Of a stretch of 37,221 bases of DNA, positions 8,198 through 18,095 are shown piece by piece. The position numbers and the translations under genes were made by a program. The notes under the pieces were generated by a model. The model searched no databases and was not told where the DNA came from. It saw nothing but the letters and a program-made list of their open reading frames with translations. How positions within the stretch are numbered: the stretch's first letter is position 1; every line of letters starts with the position of its first letter. Source of the stretch: Nitrospirota bacterium (GTDB taxonomy: Bacteria; Nitrospirota; JAOUDF01); the NCBI GenBank assembly GCA_029859385.1, contig JAOUDF010000003.1:1-37221 (forward strand), written 5' to 3'.

Positions 8198-9597
8198 TGG
8201 AACAGAAAACCAGCAGACAGGCCGAGTTGAGAAGGCTTCCCAGCGTGGAGGAGGTCCTTCAGGTACCGGCGCTGGCACCGTGGATAGAAACTCTTTCGCG
8301 GGCCGTCGTGACGGCGGTCGTGCGGGACCAGCTTGCGTCCATACGGAAAGCGGTCGTCGATGGCGCCGACTGCCCCGATGAGTCCGCCATCCACGGCCGA
8401 ATCGCGGCCGCCCTGAAGCAGAAATCACTCTCCACCCTCAGGCCGGTCATCAACGCCACCGGCGTTATCCTTCACACCAATCTCGGTCGCGCCCCCCTTT
8501 CGAAAGCAGCCATTCAGGCGTTGACGGAGGTGGCAGCAGGGTACAGCAATCTCGAACTCGATCTCTCCTCGGGAAAGCGTGGAAGGCGCGCGCCCTTTAT
8601 GGAAGAGCTGGTCCGTCACCTCACCGGTGCAGAGTCGGCGCTGGTGGTCAACAACAATGCGGCTGCCCTCCTTTTGGCCCTGGGAACTCTGGCCAATGGC
8701 AAAGAGGTAATCATCTCGCGGGGAGAGCTTGTGCAGATCGGGGGCGGGTTCCGGATACCCGACATACTCCAGCAGAGCGGGGCAAAGCTCAAGGAGGTCG
8801 GCACCACCAACCAGACCTACGCATCGGATTACGAAAAGGCCATCGGCCCCGATACCGCCATGATCCTCAGGGTTCACCACAGCAACTTCAGGATGCTGGG
8901 GTTCACCCATCAGGCCGAGCGCCGCGATCTGGCAGCCCTGGCGGAGCGGCACAACATCCTGCTTGTCGAAGACCTGGGAAGCGGCGCCGTGGCCGACACC
9001 GCCGCCTTCGGCATGGAACACGAACCGACCCCGGCCGACTCGCTGGCAGCGGGGGTACATCTGGTTTGCTTCAGCGGCGACAAGATTCTGGGCGGCCCCC
9101 AGGCGGGGATACTGGCCGGGAGAAAGACGCTGGTCGAGCAGATGCGCAGGCACCCGCTCCTGCGGGCCATAAGGGTCGACAAGCTACAGGCCGCGGCCCT
9201 TCAGGCGACCCTTATCGACTATCTCAAGGGTGAACCGGAGAAGCGCAACCCCGTCTGGCAGATGTTGTCGGCCACGATTGATTCGCTGCGCTTACGGGCG
9301 GAGGAGCTGGCGGCGACACTGAAGAACGCGGGGATTGCAGCGGAGGCGACTCCCTGCACCAGCGCCATGGGAGGCGGTTCGCTGCCGGAGCAGGATATGC
9401 CGTCATACGGCGTAACCGTTACTCCTGCCTACCCGGTTAATGAGGAGGAAGAAAAACTGCGCACCGGTGAGACGCCGATCATGGCGCGGATAGAGGAAGA
9501 CAGGCTGGTGCTGGATTTGCGGACGGTGCTGCCGGGGCAGGATGATACGCTGGTCAAGGCGCTTTGTGACAGTTTGTCGGAAGCACCGTTGCGATAG
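8197..9597 (+). CDS. selA: L-seryl-tRNA(Sec) selenium transferase
   Basis: VINATGVILHTNLGRAP, VVNNNAAA, EVGTTN, EDLGSG and FSGDKILGGPQAG (PLP Lys). The ATG overlaps the selD stop (TAATG). Confidence 0.97.
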   Translation: MEQKTSRQAELRRLPSVEEVLQVPALAPWIETLSRAVVTAVVRDQLASIRKAVVDGADCPDESAIHGRIAAALKQKSLSTLRPVINATGVILHTNLGRAPLSKAAIQALTEVAAGYSNLELDLSSGKRGRRAPFMEELVRHLTGAESALVVNNNAAALLLALGTLANGKEVIISRGELVQIGGGFRIPDILQQSGAKLKEVGTTNQTYASDYEKAIGPDTAMILRVHHSNFRMLGFTHQAERRDLAALAERHNILLVEDLGSGAVADTAAFGMEHEPTPADSLAAGVHLVCFSGDKILGGPQAGILAGRKTLVEQMRRHPLLRAIRVDKLQAAALQATLIDYLKGEPEKRNPVWQMLSATIDSLRLRAEELAATLKNAGIAAEATPCTSAMGGGSLPEQDMPSYGVTVTPAYPVNEEEEKLRTGETPIMARIEEDRLVLDLRTVLPGQDDTLVKALCDSLSEAPLR

Positions 9598-9650
9598 AAC
9601 GGCTGGATCAGCCACGGCTGTAAGGAGTTGGCTGCATCCATTTGTTGAGC
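9594..9650 (-). other. attC recombination site (57 bp)
   Basis: GCTCAAC-AAATG-GAT(G)CAGCCA(A)C-loop-GTGGCTGATC-CAGCC-GTTCTAT has an RYYYAAC R'' box, L''/L' pairing with two extrahelical bases, and a GTT core. Confidence 0.8.
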
Positions 9651-9682
9651 AATTCGTTGCCTGCGAATATCTCTTTCTACGT

Positions 9683-10414
9683 TCATGAGGGTTGACCCTC
9701 GTGCAGCTTTCTGAGTTTGGCCAGCCACGTCTCGAATGTTAGGTCGACGGTCAAGTCAAATTCTGTCTCTGCGAGATACGTCCATTCCATACCCACTGGT
9801 ACCGTCTTCTTTCGCACTTCATTCCCTTCGTTAATCTCCGCCCACATCTCCGTGGGACATTTGTCAGATAGGACTTGCATTAGTTCACGAATCAGCTTGA
9901 AGATGATTGTCGCATATTCCATTACTTCATCAAACGATGCTATGTAGCCTCGATGTATGACTTTGTTTCGAAGTTGCGGGATTTTCTCTGATAACTCGAA
10001 CGACTCACCCGCTATAGCCGGAAACAAAAAGAGAAAGGCGCCAAACTGCCGCTCCGATTGGGCTTTCACATGCTTCCACGATACATCGAAAAGCGAAGAA
10101 GATAATCCAAGCTTGCGATATGCGACTCTTAGGAAGAACTCATATGCGCGCTCAAGAGCTGCCGAAAAGGTAGATACAGCTTCATTCGTGTAATGATCAA
10201 GAAGAGCGTGACAACCGGACTGGAAAAGTACATGATGTTTGCGACTTATATGCACAACAGCAGTGGTGTGACCCTTTTCGCAGGTGAGATAGACTATTCC
10301 ATTGTCGTCCATTTCAGCGTAGTAGAATAACCTAACAGGTGTCGACTCGCCTGTAGTGGTCAGCTTGTTAGCTGCTTCTTTCATGCATATCACGCAAGAT
10401 CCCGTCGCCTTCAT
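9683..10414 (-). CDS. Cassette-borne hypothetical protein with CxxC..CxxxH zinc motif and HEPN-like RxxxxH motif
   Basis: CVIC..CEKGH, then AALERAYE and LRNKVIHRG. AAGGA RBS. AT-rich relative to neighbours. Confidence 0.7.
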   Translation of the reverse strand: MKATGSCVICMKEAANKLTTTGESTPVRLFYYAEMDDNGIVYLTCEKGHTTAVVHISRKHHVLFQSGCHALLDHYTNEAVSTFSAALERAYEFFLRVAYRKLGLSSSLFDVSWKHVKAQSERQFGAFLFLFPAIAGESFELSEKIPQLRNKVIHRGYIASFDEVMEYATIIFKLIRELMQVLSDKCPTEMWAEINEGNEVRKKTVPVGMEWTYLAETEFDLTVDLTFETWLAKLRKLHEGQPS

Positions 10415-10432
10415 TATTCCTTATCCATCATT

Positions 10433-10485
10433 GCCCAACGTATAGCTAGCGCCAGAATGGCGCGAATTTGAGCGAATTGTTAAGC
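10433..10485 (-). other. attC recombination site (53 bp, short)
   Basis: GCTTAAC-AATTC-GCTCAA..GCGCC-ATTCT-GGCGC-TAGC-TATAC-GTTGGGC. The stop codon TAA of the upstream ORF lies inside the R'' box. Confidence 0.75.
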
Positions 10486-10857
10486 ATGACCTTCTTTTGA
10501 TCCTGCGAAGTAACCGACTGCATAGCCGATTGCTCCAAGGACAAAACAATATACTGGAAGTACCGCAAAAATTAATGCGCTTGTAGAGCTTCCAGTTGCT
10601 GTACCGTTAATATCGAAATACCACTGAATATGAATAAACCACATTAACGGAATAACTGGAACAAGAAACCCTTTTATAGCTGAGATATGTCGTTTTTCCC
10701 CTTTCCTTCCAGCCAGTATGGTCCTTATGAAAATAAGAATTAACGGTAAAAGTACCCAAAGTGAGCCAATATTGGGAACCACATTGGCAAAAAACAAACA
10801 AGCAATTGCTGTGACAGTAATGATTACCTGGATAAATTTTGTATCAATGCGTTCCAT
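10480..10857 (-). CDS. Cassette-borne small integral membrane protein (about 4 TM), function unknown
   Basis: MERIDTKF.. with four hydrophobic segments. AT-rich, and ends within the attC R'' box. Confidence 0.65.
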   Translation of the reverse strand: MERIDTKFIQVIITVTAIACLFFANVVPNIGSLWVLLPLILIFIRTILAGRKGEKRHISAIKGFLVPVIPLMWFIHIQWYFDINGTATGSSTSALIFAVLPVYCFVLGAIGYAVGYFAGSKEGHA

Positions 10858-10998
10858 GTTCTGATGCCATATCAACAAGTTATTAGATAAACGGAACCAT
10901 AGCACTAGAACATCGAATTATCAATCCATTAGCAAAAACAAAACCCGTTGGCGATACCGCCGCCCCTGGCTACTATTTGTGATTACCACTACGCCCGT

Positions 10999-12240
10999 TT
11001 ACTCCGCCGAGCGCTCCTGCTCAACTGATTCTGACGTTTCAGCTACCCTGCCCGACCGCAACACCAGCCCCCCCGCGAGACAGACCGCCCCGCATATCGC
11101 CACGGTCCACTGCACGCCGATCCGGTGCGACGCCACACCGGCAAAGAGGCTCCCGATGGGAGTAAGCCCCACGAACATCATGGAGTAGAGGCTCATCACC
11201 CTCCCCCGCAGTTCATCGGGCACCGTCGATTGCAGATAGGTGTTGGTCGAGACCAGCTGGGTAATGAGGCTGAACCCGGCCAGCGGCAAGATCAGCAGCG
11301 ACAGCCAGACGTTTGTTGACCCCGAAAAGAGGATAAGGACGACGCCGAAGGCTGACGCAGCTTTCCATACATTCCGGTCCATGCCGTCCTGCGCGTTCCG
11401 GTGGGCCAGCGCCAGGGCCCCGGCCAGGGCACCCATCCCTATGGCCCCCATGAGGTACCCCAGCAGGGCCGGGCCTCCGTGAAGGATTTCTCCGGCAAAG
11501 ACCGGCATGAGCACGGTATAGGGCGACCCGGCAATGCTGGACATTGCCACAAGGATGAGCAGCGCCCTGATGCGCGGCGTGTGCCACGCATAGCGAACCC
11601 CCTCCTTCAGCCGTTCGAGGTATGAGCCCTTTGGACCGGCAGCGGGGCGCGCTGCAAGCTGCATGACGAGAAGGCAGCCGATGACCACCATGAAGCTGAG
11701 GCTGTTTATGACAAAGCAGATCCCCTCGCCGTAGACGGCCACGGTGACCCCGGCGATGGAGGGGCCGATGAGGCGGGCGCTGTTGAAGATGGTGGAGTTG
11801 AGCGCTATGGCGTTGGAGAGGTCCTTGCGGTCGACCAGCTCCACGATGAACGACTGGCGGGCGGGCATGTCCACGGCGTTGATGAAACCGAGAAAGAGCG
11901 ACAGGGCGATGATATGCCAGACCTCGATGGTCCCGGCTATGGTGAGCACGGCGAGAAGGGCCGCCTGAAGCGCAGACAGCGCCTGGGTGATGACGATGAC
12001 GCGCCGCTTGGGAAAGCGGTCGGCCACCACCCCGCCCCACAACCCCATGACCAGCATGGGAAGCTGGGAGCAGAAGGCAACAATGCCCAGGAGAAAGGCC
12101 GAATTGGTCATGCGGTAGACGAGCCACCCCATGGCCACCTGCTGCATCCATGTGCCGACGAGGGAACAGAGCTGGCCGATGAAGAAGAGTCGGTAGTTTT
12201 TGTACTGGAGGGCGCGGAAGGTTTCTTTGGTTGAAAGCAA
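10999..12240 (-). CDS. MFS transporter (MFS_3/DUF894-like)
   Basis: NYRLFFIGQ..SLVGTWMQ, GVVADRFPKRR, DMPARQSF and LRGRVMSLY. About 12 TM segments. Confidence 0.92.
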   Translation of the reverse strand: MLSTKETFRALQYKNYRLFFIGQLCSLVGTWMQQVAMGWLVYRMTNSAFLLGIVAFCSQLPMLVMGLWGGVVADRFPKRRVIVITQALSALQAALLAVLTIAGTIEVWHIIALSLFLGFINAVDMPARQSFIVELVDRKDLSNAIALNSTIFNSARLIGPSIAGVTVAVYGEGICFVINSLSFMVVIGCLLVMQLAARPAAGPKGSYLERLKEGVRYAWHTPRIRALLILVAMSSIAGSPYTVLMPVFAGEILHGGPALLGYLMGAIGMGALAGALALAHRNAQDGMDRNVWKAASAFGVVLILFSGSTNVWLSLLILPLAGFSLITQLVSTNTYLQSTVPDELRGRVMSLYSMMFVGLTPIGSLFAGVASHRIGVQWTVAICGAVCLAGGLVLRSGRVAETSESVEQERSAE

Positions 12241-12263
12241 CTTTGATGGTCTCGCAAACAGCC

Positions 12264-12365
12264 GTCACACCGGTGAAAACCGGTGTCCAGCGACTTTGTA
12301 GCTATCCAAGAGAACTGGATTCCGGCTGGAGTTTACCCCGTACCTTGATACGGGGCCGGAATGAC
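12264..12365. repeat. GTCA..TGAC-type REP-like palindromic element
   Basis: GTCACACCGGT-GAAA-ACCGGTGTCCAG followed by CTGGATTCCGGC..CCCCGTA-CCTTGA-TACGGGG-CCGGAATGAC. Confidence 0.7.
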
Positions 12366-12404
12366 AAAAACTCTCCTCGACTTTCCCTACTTAATTTTGG
12401 GCCT

Positions 12405-13235
12405 TTACCGTATAGATGCTTTATAAGAGCTGCGCACCAGCGGGCCGGACACTACTTTGGCAAAACCAAGGGAGAGGGCCGCATCCTGCAGCTCGTCGAA
12501 CTCCTCTGGCGGCACAAACCTTGCCACCGGGTGCCCCTGCCCGCCGGGGTTGAGATACTGGCCGATGGTGAGGCTGCGGCATCCCACCGAGATCAGGTCC
12601 TGCAGCACCGTCATTACTTCGCTGGTCGTCTCACCCATGCCAAGGATGAGGCCCGATTTCGCCGTGAGCCCCGCCCGGGAAACCTTCTGCAGAAGATGCA
12701 GCGACCGTTCGTAGGCCGCGCCGGGCCTTACCTGCCGATAGAGCCTTTGGACCGTCTCCACGTTGTGGCCGAAGACATCGGGCTTCGAGTTGATCACCGT
12801 GTCGATGGCCGCATCATCTCCCATAAAATCGGGGGTCAAAAGCTCGACGGTACAGGAGGGGATTGTTTCACGGATGGCCGCCACGGTCAAGGCGAAGATG
12901 CGCGCCCCGCCGTCGGGAAGGTCATCCCGCGTTACCGAGGTAATGACGGCATGGCGGATGCTCAGTTGCTTCACCGCCGCCGCCACCCTCTCCGGTTCAT
13001 GCGGGTCGACATCCTCCGGCTTGCCGCCGGGGATGCCGCAGAAGGCGCAGTTGCGGGTACAGACATTGCCGAGGATCAGAAAGGTGGCGGTGCCGCTGCC
13101 CCAGCACTCCCATCGGTTGGGACAGCCGGAACTCTGGCAGACGGTGTGCAGCCCTTCGGCCGCAATGGTCGAGGCTACCGCGCGGTAGGCGTCGTTTTCG
13201 ATCGGATTTATTTTGAACCAGGGAGGTAACGGCAT
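12405..13235 (-). CDS. lipA: Lipoyl synthase
   Basis: CX4CX5C (CQSSGCPNRWEC), radical-SAM CTRNCAFC, HNVETV and RSSY. Confidence 0.96.
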   Translation of the reverse strand: MPLPPWFKINPIENDAYRAVASTIAAEGLHTVCQSSGCPNRWECWGSGTATFLILGNVCTRNCAFCGIPGGKPEDVDPHEPERVAAAVKQLSIRHAVITSVTRDDLPDGGARIFALTVAAIRETIPSCTVELLTPDFMGDDAAIDTVINSKPDVFGHNVETVQRLYRQVRPGAAYERSLHLLQKVSRAGLTAKSGLILGMGETTSEVMTVLQDLISVGCRSLTIGQYLNPGGQGHPVARFVPPEEFDELQDAALSLGFAKVVSGPLVRSSYKASIR

Positions 13236-13240
13236 AAGAA

Positions 13241-13321
13241 CCCCACCCTCACCCTAACCCTCTCCCTGAGGGCGAGGGGAGCCCCCCTCCCTTTCAAGGG
13301 GAGGGTCGGGGTGGGGATGGG
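13241..13321. repeat. BoxC-like REP pair (CCCTCACCCTAACCCTCTCCC family)
   Basis: CCCTCACCCTAACCCTCTCCC-TGA-GGGCGAGGG followed by an inverted-type unit CCCTCCCTT-TC-AAGGGGAGGGTCGGGGTGGGG. Confidence 0.7.
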
Positions 13322-13342
13322 TAAAATCGCACAATAAAATTC

Positions 13343-14653
13343 TCAGACAACCAACCCCACCGGGTTCTCCATCAAATGACGAAACTCCTGCAGAAACTGG
13401 GCGCCCTGCATCCCGTCCACTACACGATGGTCGCAGGAGAGGGTCACCATCATCCTCTTGCCCACCTTTACATGGCTGCCCGCAACCACCGGCACGTCGC
13501 TGATGGTACCAATGGCGAGGATTGCGGCCTCGGGCGGGTTGATGACGGCAATGAAGCTCTCCACGCCGAACATCCCCAGGTTGGTGATGGTGAACGTCGC
13601 GCCGGTATATTCGTCCGGTTGCAAGCCCCGTTTTCTGGCCCGCTCGACCAGTACCTTTCCTTCGGCGGCGATGACCTTCAGCGCCTTGTTGCCGCAGTCG
13701 CGGATGACCGGCGTGATGAGCCCGTCCTCCAACCCGACCGCGACACCGATATCGATGGCCTTGTGGACCTTGACCTTGTTCTCCTCGACATAGGACGAGT
13801 TGAGCTGGGGGAACTTCTTCAGGGATTCAGCCGCCGCCTTGATCACGAGGTCGTTGACCCCGATCTTCACCTCAGGGTGAGTCTCCTTGACCTCCGCCAC
13901 CACCTCCAGGGCCTTCTCCATGGGGATCTCCATGGTGAGGTAGAAATGGGGCACCGGGGCCTTGCTCTTCGCCATCTGCCGCACAATGGCCTTGCGCATC
14001 TGCGAGAGGTCTTTTACCTCGCCGGGAACAGCAGGAGCGGCAACGGGAGGCGTCGGAGTGGGTTTCGCTGCCGGTTTCGGCGCGGCAGCCGCTGGGGCAG
14101 AAGTGCCTGCCGCATCGAGGATGTCTTTTTCCACAATGCGGCCTTCAGGACCAGTGCCGTGGACTTTGGCCAGATCAACCCCTTTTTCCTCAGCCAGCTT
14201 TCTTGCTGCAGGCGAAATCATCAATCGTCCTTCCCCTGATTCAACAGGAGGGGCTGGGGACGGCGCTGCTGCTGCCTTGGGTTTTTCTTCCACCGGCTTT
14301 GCGGCGGGCGCGGCAGGCGCTGGGGCAGCCGATTTCGGCTCTTCAGCAGGCTTCGGCGCGGGTGCGGCTGGTTTGGCTTCGGCACCACCGCCGACAATAT
14401 CCGAGATATCCTCATCCGCCGTACCCAGCACCGCGATAAGCTCGCCGATAGGGGCCGCCTGACCGGGCTCCAACAGCTTCTTGCGCAGAATGCCCGAAGA
14501 GAACGACTGAAGGTCCATCACCGCCTTGTCGGTCTCCACCTCGGCAATGGCATCGCCTGCCTTCACCTCGTCACCCTCATCCATATACCAGCTGATGATG
14601 GTTCCCTCTTCCATGGTGTCGCTGAGCTTGGGCATCAGTATTTTAATGGCCAT
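13343..14653 (-). CDS. pdhC: Pyruvate dehydrogenase E2, dihydrolipoamide acetyltransferase
   Basis: Lipoyl domain (ETDKA), Ala/Pro linkers, E3-binding SPAARKLA..GTGPEGRI, and catalytic DHRVVDG. Confidence 0.95.
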   Translation of the reverse strand: MAIKILMPKLSDTMEEGTIISWYMDEGDEVKAGDAIAEVETDKAVMDLQSFSSGILRKKLLEPGQAAPIGELIAVLGTADEDISDIVGGGAEAKPAAPAPKPAEEPKSAAPAPAAPAAKPVEEKPKAAAAPSPAPPVESGEGRLMISPAARKLAEEKGVDLAKVHGTGPEGRIVEKDILDAAGTSAPAAAAPKPAAKPTPTPPVAAPAVPGEVKDLSQMRKAIVRQMAKSKAPVPHFYLTMEIPMEKALEVVAEVKETHPEVKIGVNDLVIKAAAESLKKFPQLNSSYVEENKVKVHKAIDIGVAVGLEDGLITPVIRDCGNKALKVIAAEGKVLVERARKRGLQPDEYTGATFTITNLGMFGVESFIAVINPPEAAILAIGTISDVPVVAGSHVKVGKRMMVTLSCDHRVVDGMQGAQFLQEFRHLMENPVGLVV

Positions 14654-14690
14654 TGGTTCTCCTATAGCAACGCCAGAAACTCATTTATCG

Positions 14691-15047
14691 TCATGTTTTT
14701 CTCCGACGAATGCGAACGGCTCCCGCCGTAACAACGGTAAACGCCTGCAACAGCTCGTCTCCATGTTCTCCGACAGCGATCATTACTCTTTCCGCCTTAC
14801 TGTCAGGGGAGATACCTCCCAATCGAAGCAGCAGAACACCAGAAGATATCCTTCGCTGAAGATGCACCAGTTCTCCAAAATCCTTGTCCGCAGTGAGTAA
14901 AAGCGCCCCTTCTTTGTTGGCAAGGTCAAGAACAACATCATCGGAAATACCCGGCGACATTTCTGCAACATACCAGACATTGTGCCCGGAATGTCGAAGG
15001 CGCTCAACAACCTGCCTGTCAACGCCCTCGTCTGCAAGAAATTTCAC
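14691..15047 (-). CDS. DUF5615 PIN-like toxin
   Basis: MKFLADE..D..V..LLTADKDFGEL. Overlaps the upstream DUF433 gene (GTGA). Confidence 0.88.
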   Translation of the reverse strand: MKFLADEGVDRQVVERLRHSGHNVWYVAEMSPGISDDVVLDLANKEGALLLTADKDFGELVHLQRRISSGVLLLRLGGISPDSKAERVMIAVGEHGDELLQAFTVVTAGAVRIRRRKT

Positions 15048-15277
15048 GCGGCCTCCCGAAGTGGATACACCACCTCATCCCGCAACGACTCTGCCGCAAA
15101 GGCTAAAGCCGCCTGTATGGCCTCTCGGGTCAGCCTTGGGTGAGCAGTAAGAACCTCTTCCATTGATTCTCCTGCCGCGAGCTTATCAAGAATAAGCTCA
15201 ACGGTTATGCGGGTACCGGCAATGACAGGCTTCCCCATCATGACTGCCGGATCGGATATTATTTGCACCTTCTGCAT
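15044..15277 (-). CDS. DUF433 family antitoxin
   Basis: DPAVMMGKPVIAGTRITVELIL..HPRLTREAIQAALAFA. Confidence 0.9.
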   Translation of the reverse strand: MQKVQIISDPAVMMGKPVIAGTRITVELILDKLAAGESMEEVLTAHPRLTREAIQAALAFAAESLRDEVVYPLREAA

Positions 15278-15316
15278 TTTATCTCCTTTGTTCTTTGATT
15301 TCGTTCTACCGAGGCT

Positions 15317-16286
<970 letters not shown>

Positions 16287-16294
<8 letters not shown>

Positions 16295-17252
16295 AGATGT
16301 CCTCCTCGATGGTCTCCTGCCCGGGCCACGGGCTGGCATCGGCGAAGGCTACCGCGTCGCTGACGACCTTCTCTATCTCGGCCTCTATCTCCTTCTTCAT
16401 CTCCTCGTTCATGACGCCGTCTTTGGACAGTTTATTAAAAAGATTGGCGATGGGGTCCTGTTTTTTCTGCGCCTCCCATTCCTCCTTCGTCCGGTAGTGG
16501 CCGTGGGAAGGGTCCGACATCGAATGCCCCATGAAGCGGTAGACCCGCGCCTCGATGAAGGTCGGCACGCTGAGGTTTCTCGCCATGTCCACCGCCTTCT
16601 TCACCTGCTCGTACACCTCCAGCACGTTCATGCCGTCGATGTGAAAACGGGCCATGTCGTAGGCGCACCCCTTCTGCGCGATGTCGTAGATAGCCGATGC
16701 CCGCTCCACCGGCGTCCCCATGCCGTAGCGGTTGTTCTCGCAGATAAAGATGACCGGGAGCCTCCAGAGTACCGCCATGTTGAAGGCCTCGTGGACCACT
16801 CCTGCATTCACCGCCCCTTCGCCGAAAAAACAGAGGGTGACATTGTCTTCGTTCCGGTATTTGGAGGCAAAGGCCGCCCCCGCCGCCAGCGCCGTGTGGG
16901 TCCCCACGATGGCGTGCCCGCCCATGAAGCCCCGCTCCACGTCGGTGAGGTGCATCGAGCCGCTCTTGCCGCGGCAGATGCCACCGCTACGGCCGTACAG
17001 CTCGGCCATGATCTTGCCCGGGTCCGAGCCCATCACCAGGGGATGGCCGTGGTCGCGATAGGCGGTAAAGACGTAGTCGCCGGGCTTGATCGCCGCCAGC
17101 GAACCGACGGCAGTGGCTTCCTGGCCTATGTAGAGATGACAGAAGCCGCCGATCTTCTGCTGGGTGTATGCCTCGGCGCACTTTTCCTCGAAGCGGCGGA
17201 TGAGGTACATCTTCCGGTAGAGATCAATCAGCTGATCTTTGGAAAGGAGCAT
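16287..17252 (-). CDS. pdhA: Pyruvate dehydrogenase E1 alpha subunit
   Basis: [15 protein letters not shown], ThDP motif GEGA..ENN, and [11 protein letters not shown]. Confidence 0.95.
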
Positions 17253-17263
17253 GGATTGTTGAC

Positions 17264-17890
17264 CTATTTACACGATGCACATACTTTTTGACGATATTGC
17301 ACGATTTCCAGCTTTTCTACAAGACTGTTCACGTGGTTCCAGTCAAGATTTGCCATGAAGGCATCGAGATATTTTTTTCGCGCCGTGCCGTAGTCGATCA
17401 TGTAGGCATGCTCGTAGACATCGAGTACCAGAAGCGGCGTGCAGCCCCATATCCCCTGGGTGTGGTAGTCGGATGAATAGTTGTGGAGTTTCGCGTCGGC
17501 CCAGTTGTAGGCCAGCACCACCCAGCCGCGGGCAGCAACACCGGCAGCCTTGAAGTCCTCGACCCACTTTTCGTAAGAGCCGAAATCCTCCTTGATCAGG
17601 TCGAGGATTGCCCCCTTGGCCTGCCCGTCACCGCCGAGATTGTTGAAATATGCCTCGTGCAGGGTGATGGCGTTGGTGGCGAAACACTCTTCCCGCTTCA
17701 GCTCGCCGATAAGGCTGAAGGTCCCGTTGGCCTCCGATCTGTCGGCCGTTTCCATCTTTGTCTCAATCTCATTGAGCTTGTTTACGTACCCCTTGTAGAG
17801 GGTATTGAAATGTTCGTCGATCTGCCTCTCCGAAATCCCCGGCAAGGCCCCTTTGATCTTCAGGTCAATGGCGGCATGTGTACTCTTCAT
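17264..17890 (-). CDS. sod: Fe/Mn superoxide dismutase family protein (ChrC-like)
   Basis: Metal ligands in DEH, LHE and DVYEHAY. AAGGAGG RBS. Confidence 0.88.
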   Translation of the reverse strand: MKSTHAAIDLKIKGALPGISERQIDEHFNTLYKGYVNKLNEIETKMETADRSEANGTFSLIGELKREECFATNAITLHEAYFNNLGGDGQAKGAILDLIKEDFGSYEKWVEDFKAAGVAARGWVVLAYNWADAKLHNYSSDYHTQGIWGCTPLLVLDVYEHAYMIDYGTARKKYLDAFMANLDWNHVNSLVEKLEIVQYRQKVCASCK

Positions 17891-18095
17891 AACAACCTCC
17901 TTTAATAGTGGGTTTGGGAACGCATGAGAAAACTATAACACAAATCACTCTCCGCGAAAAAAACAGACGAAATATCGGCACCAGCCGGGCCGTCTACCTA
18001 CTATGCTGAAGTTTACCCTTGAAAGGCAAGCATTTTCAGGCGGGATAGCCCATGGATACTCATGATCCCGGGAGAACAGCGCCGCAACTGGGCAT

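Larger units (their letters stand above)
9594..10888 (-). mobile_element. Two-cassette integron array with no integrase in the window (CALIN-like)
   Basis: Two AT-rich co-oriented ORFs, each followed by an attC-like site. An attI-like simple site lies at the 5' end. Confidence 0.75.
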
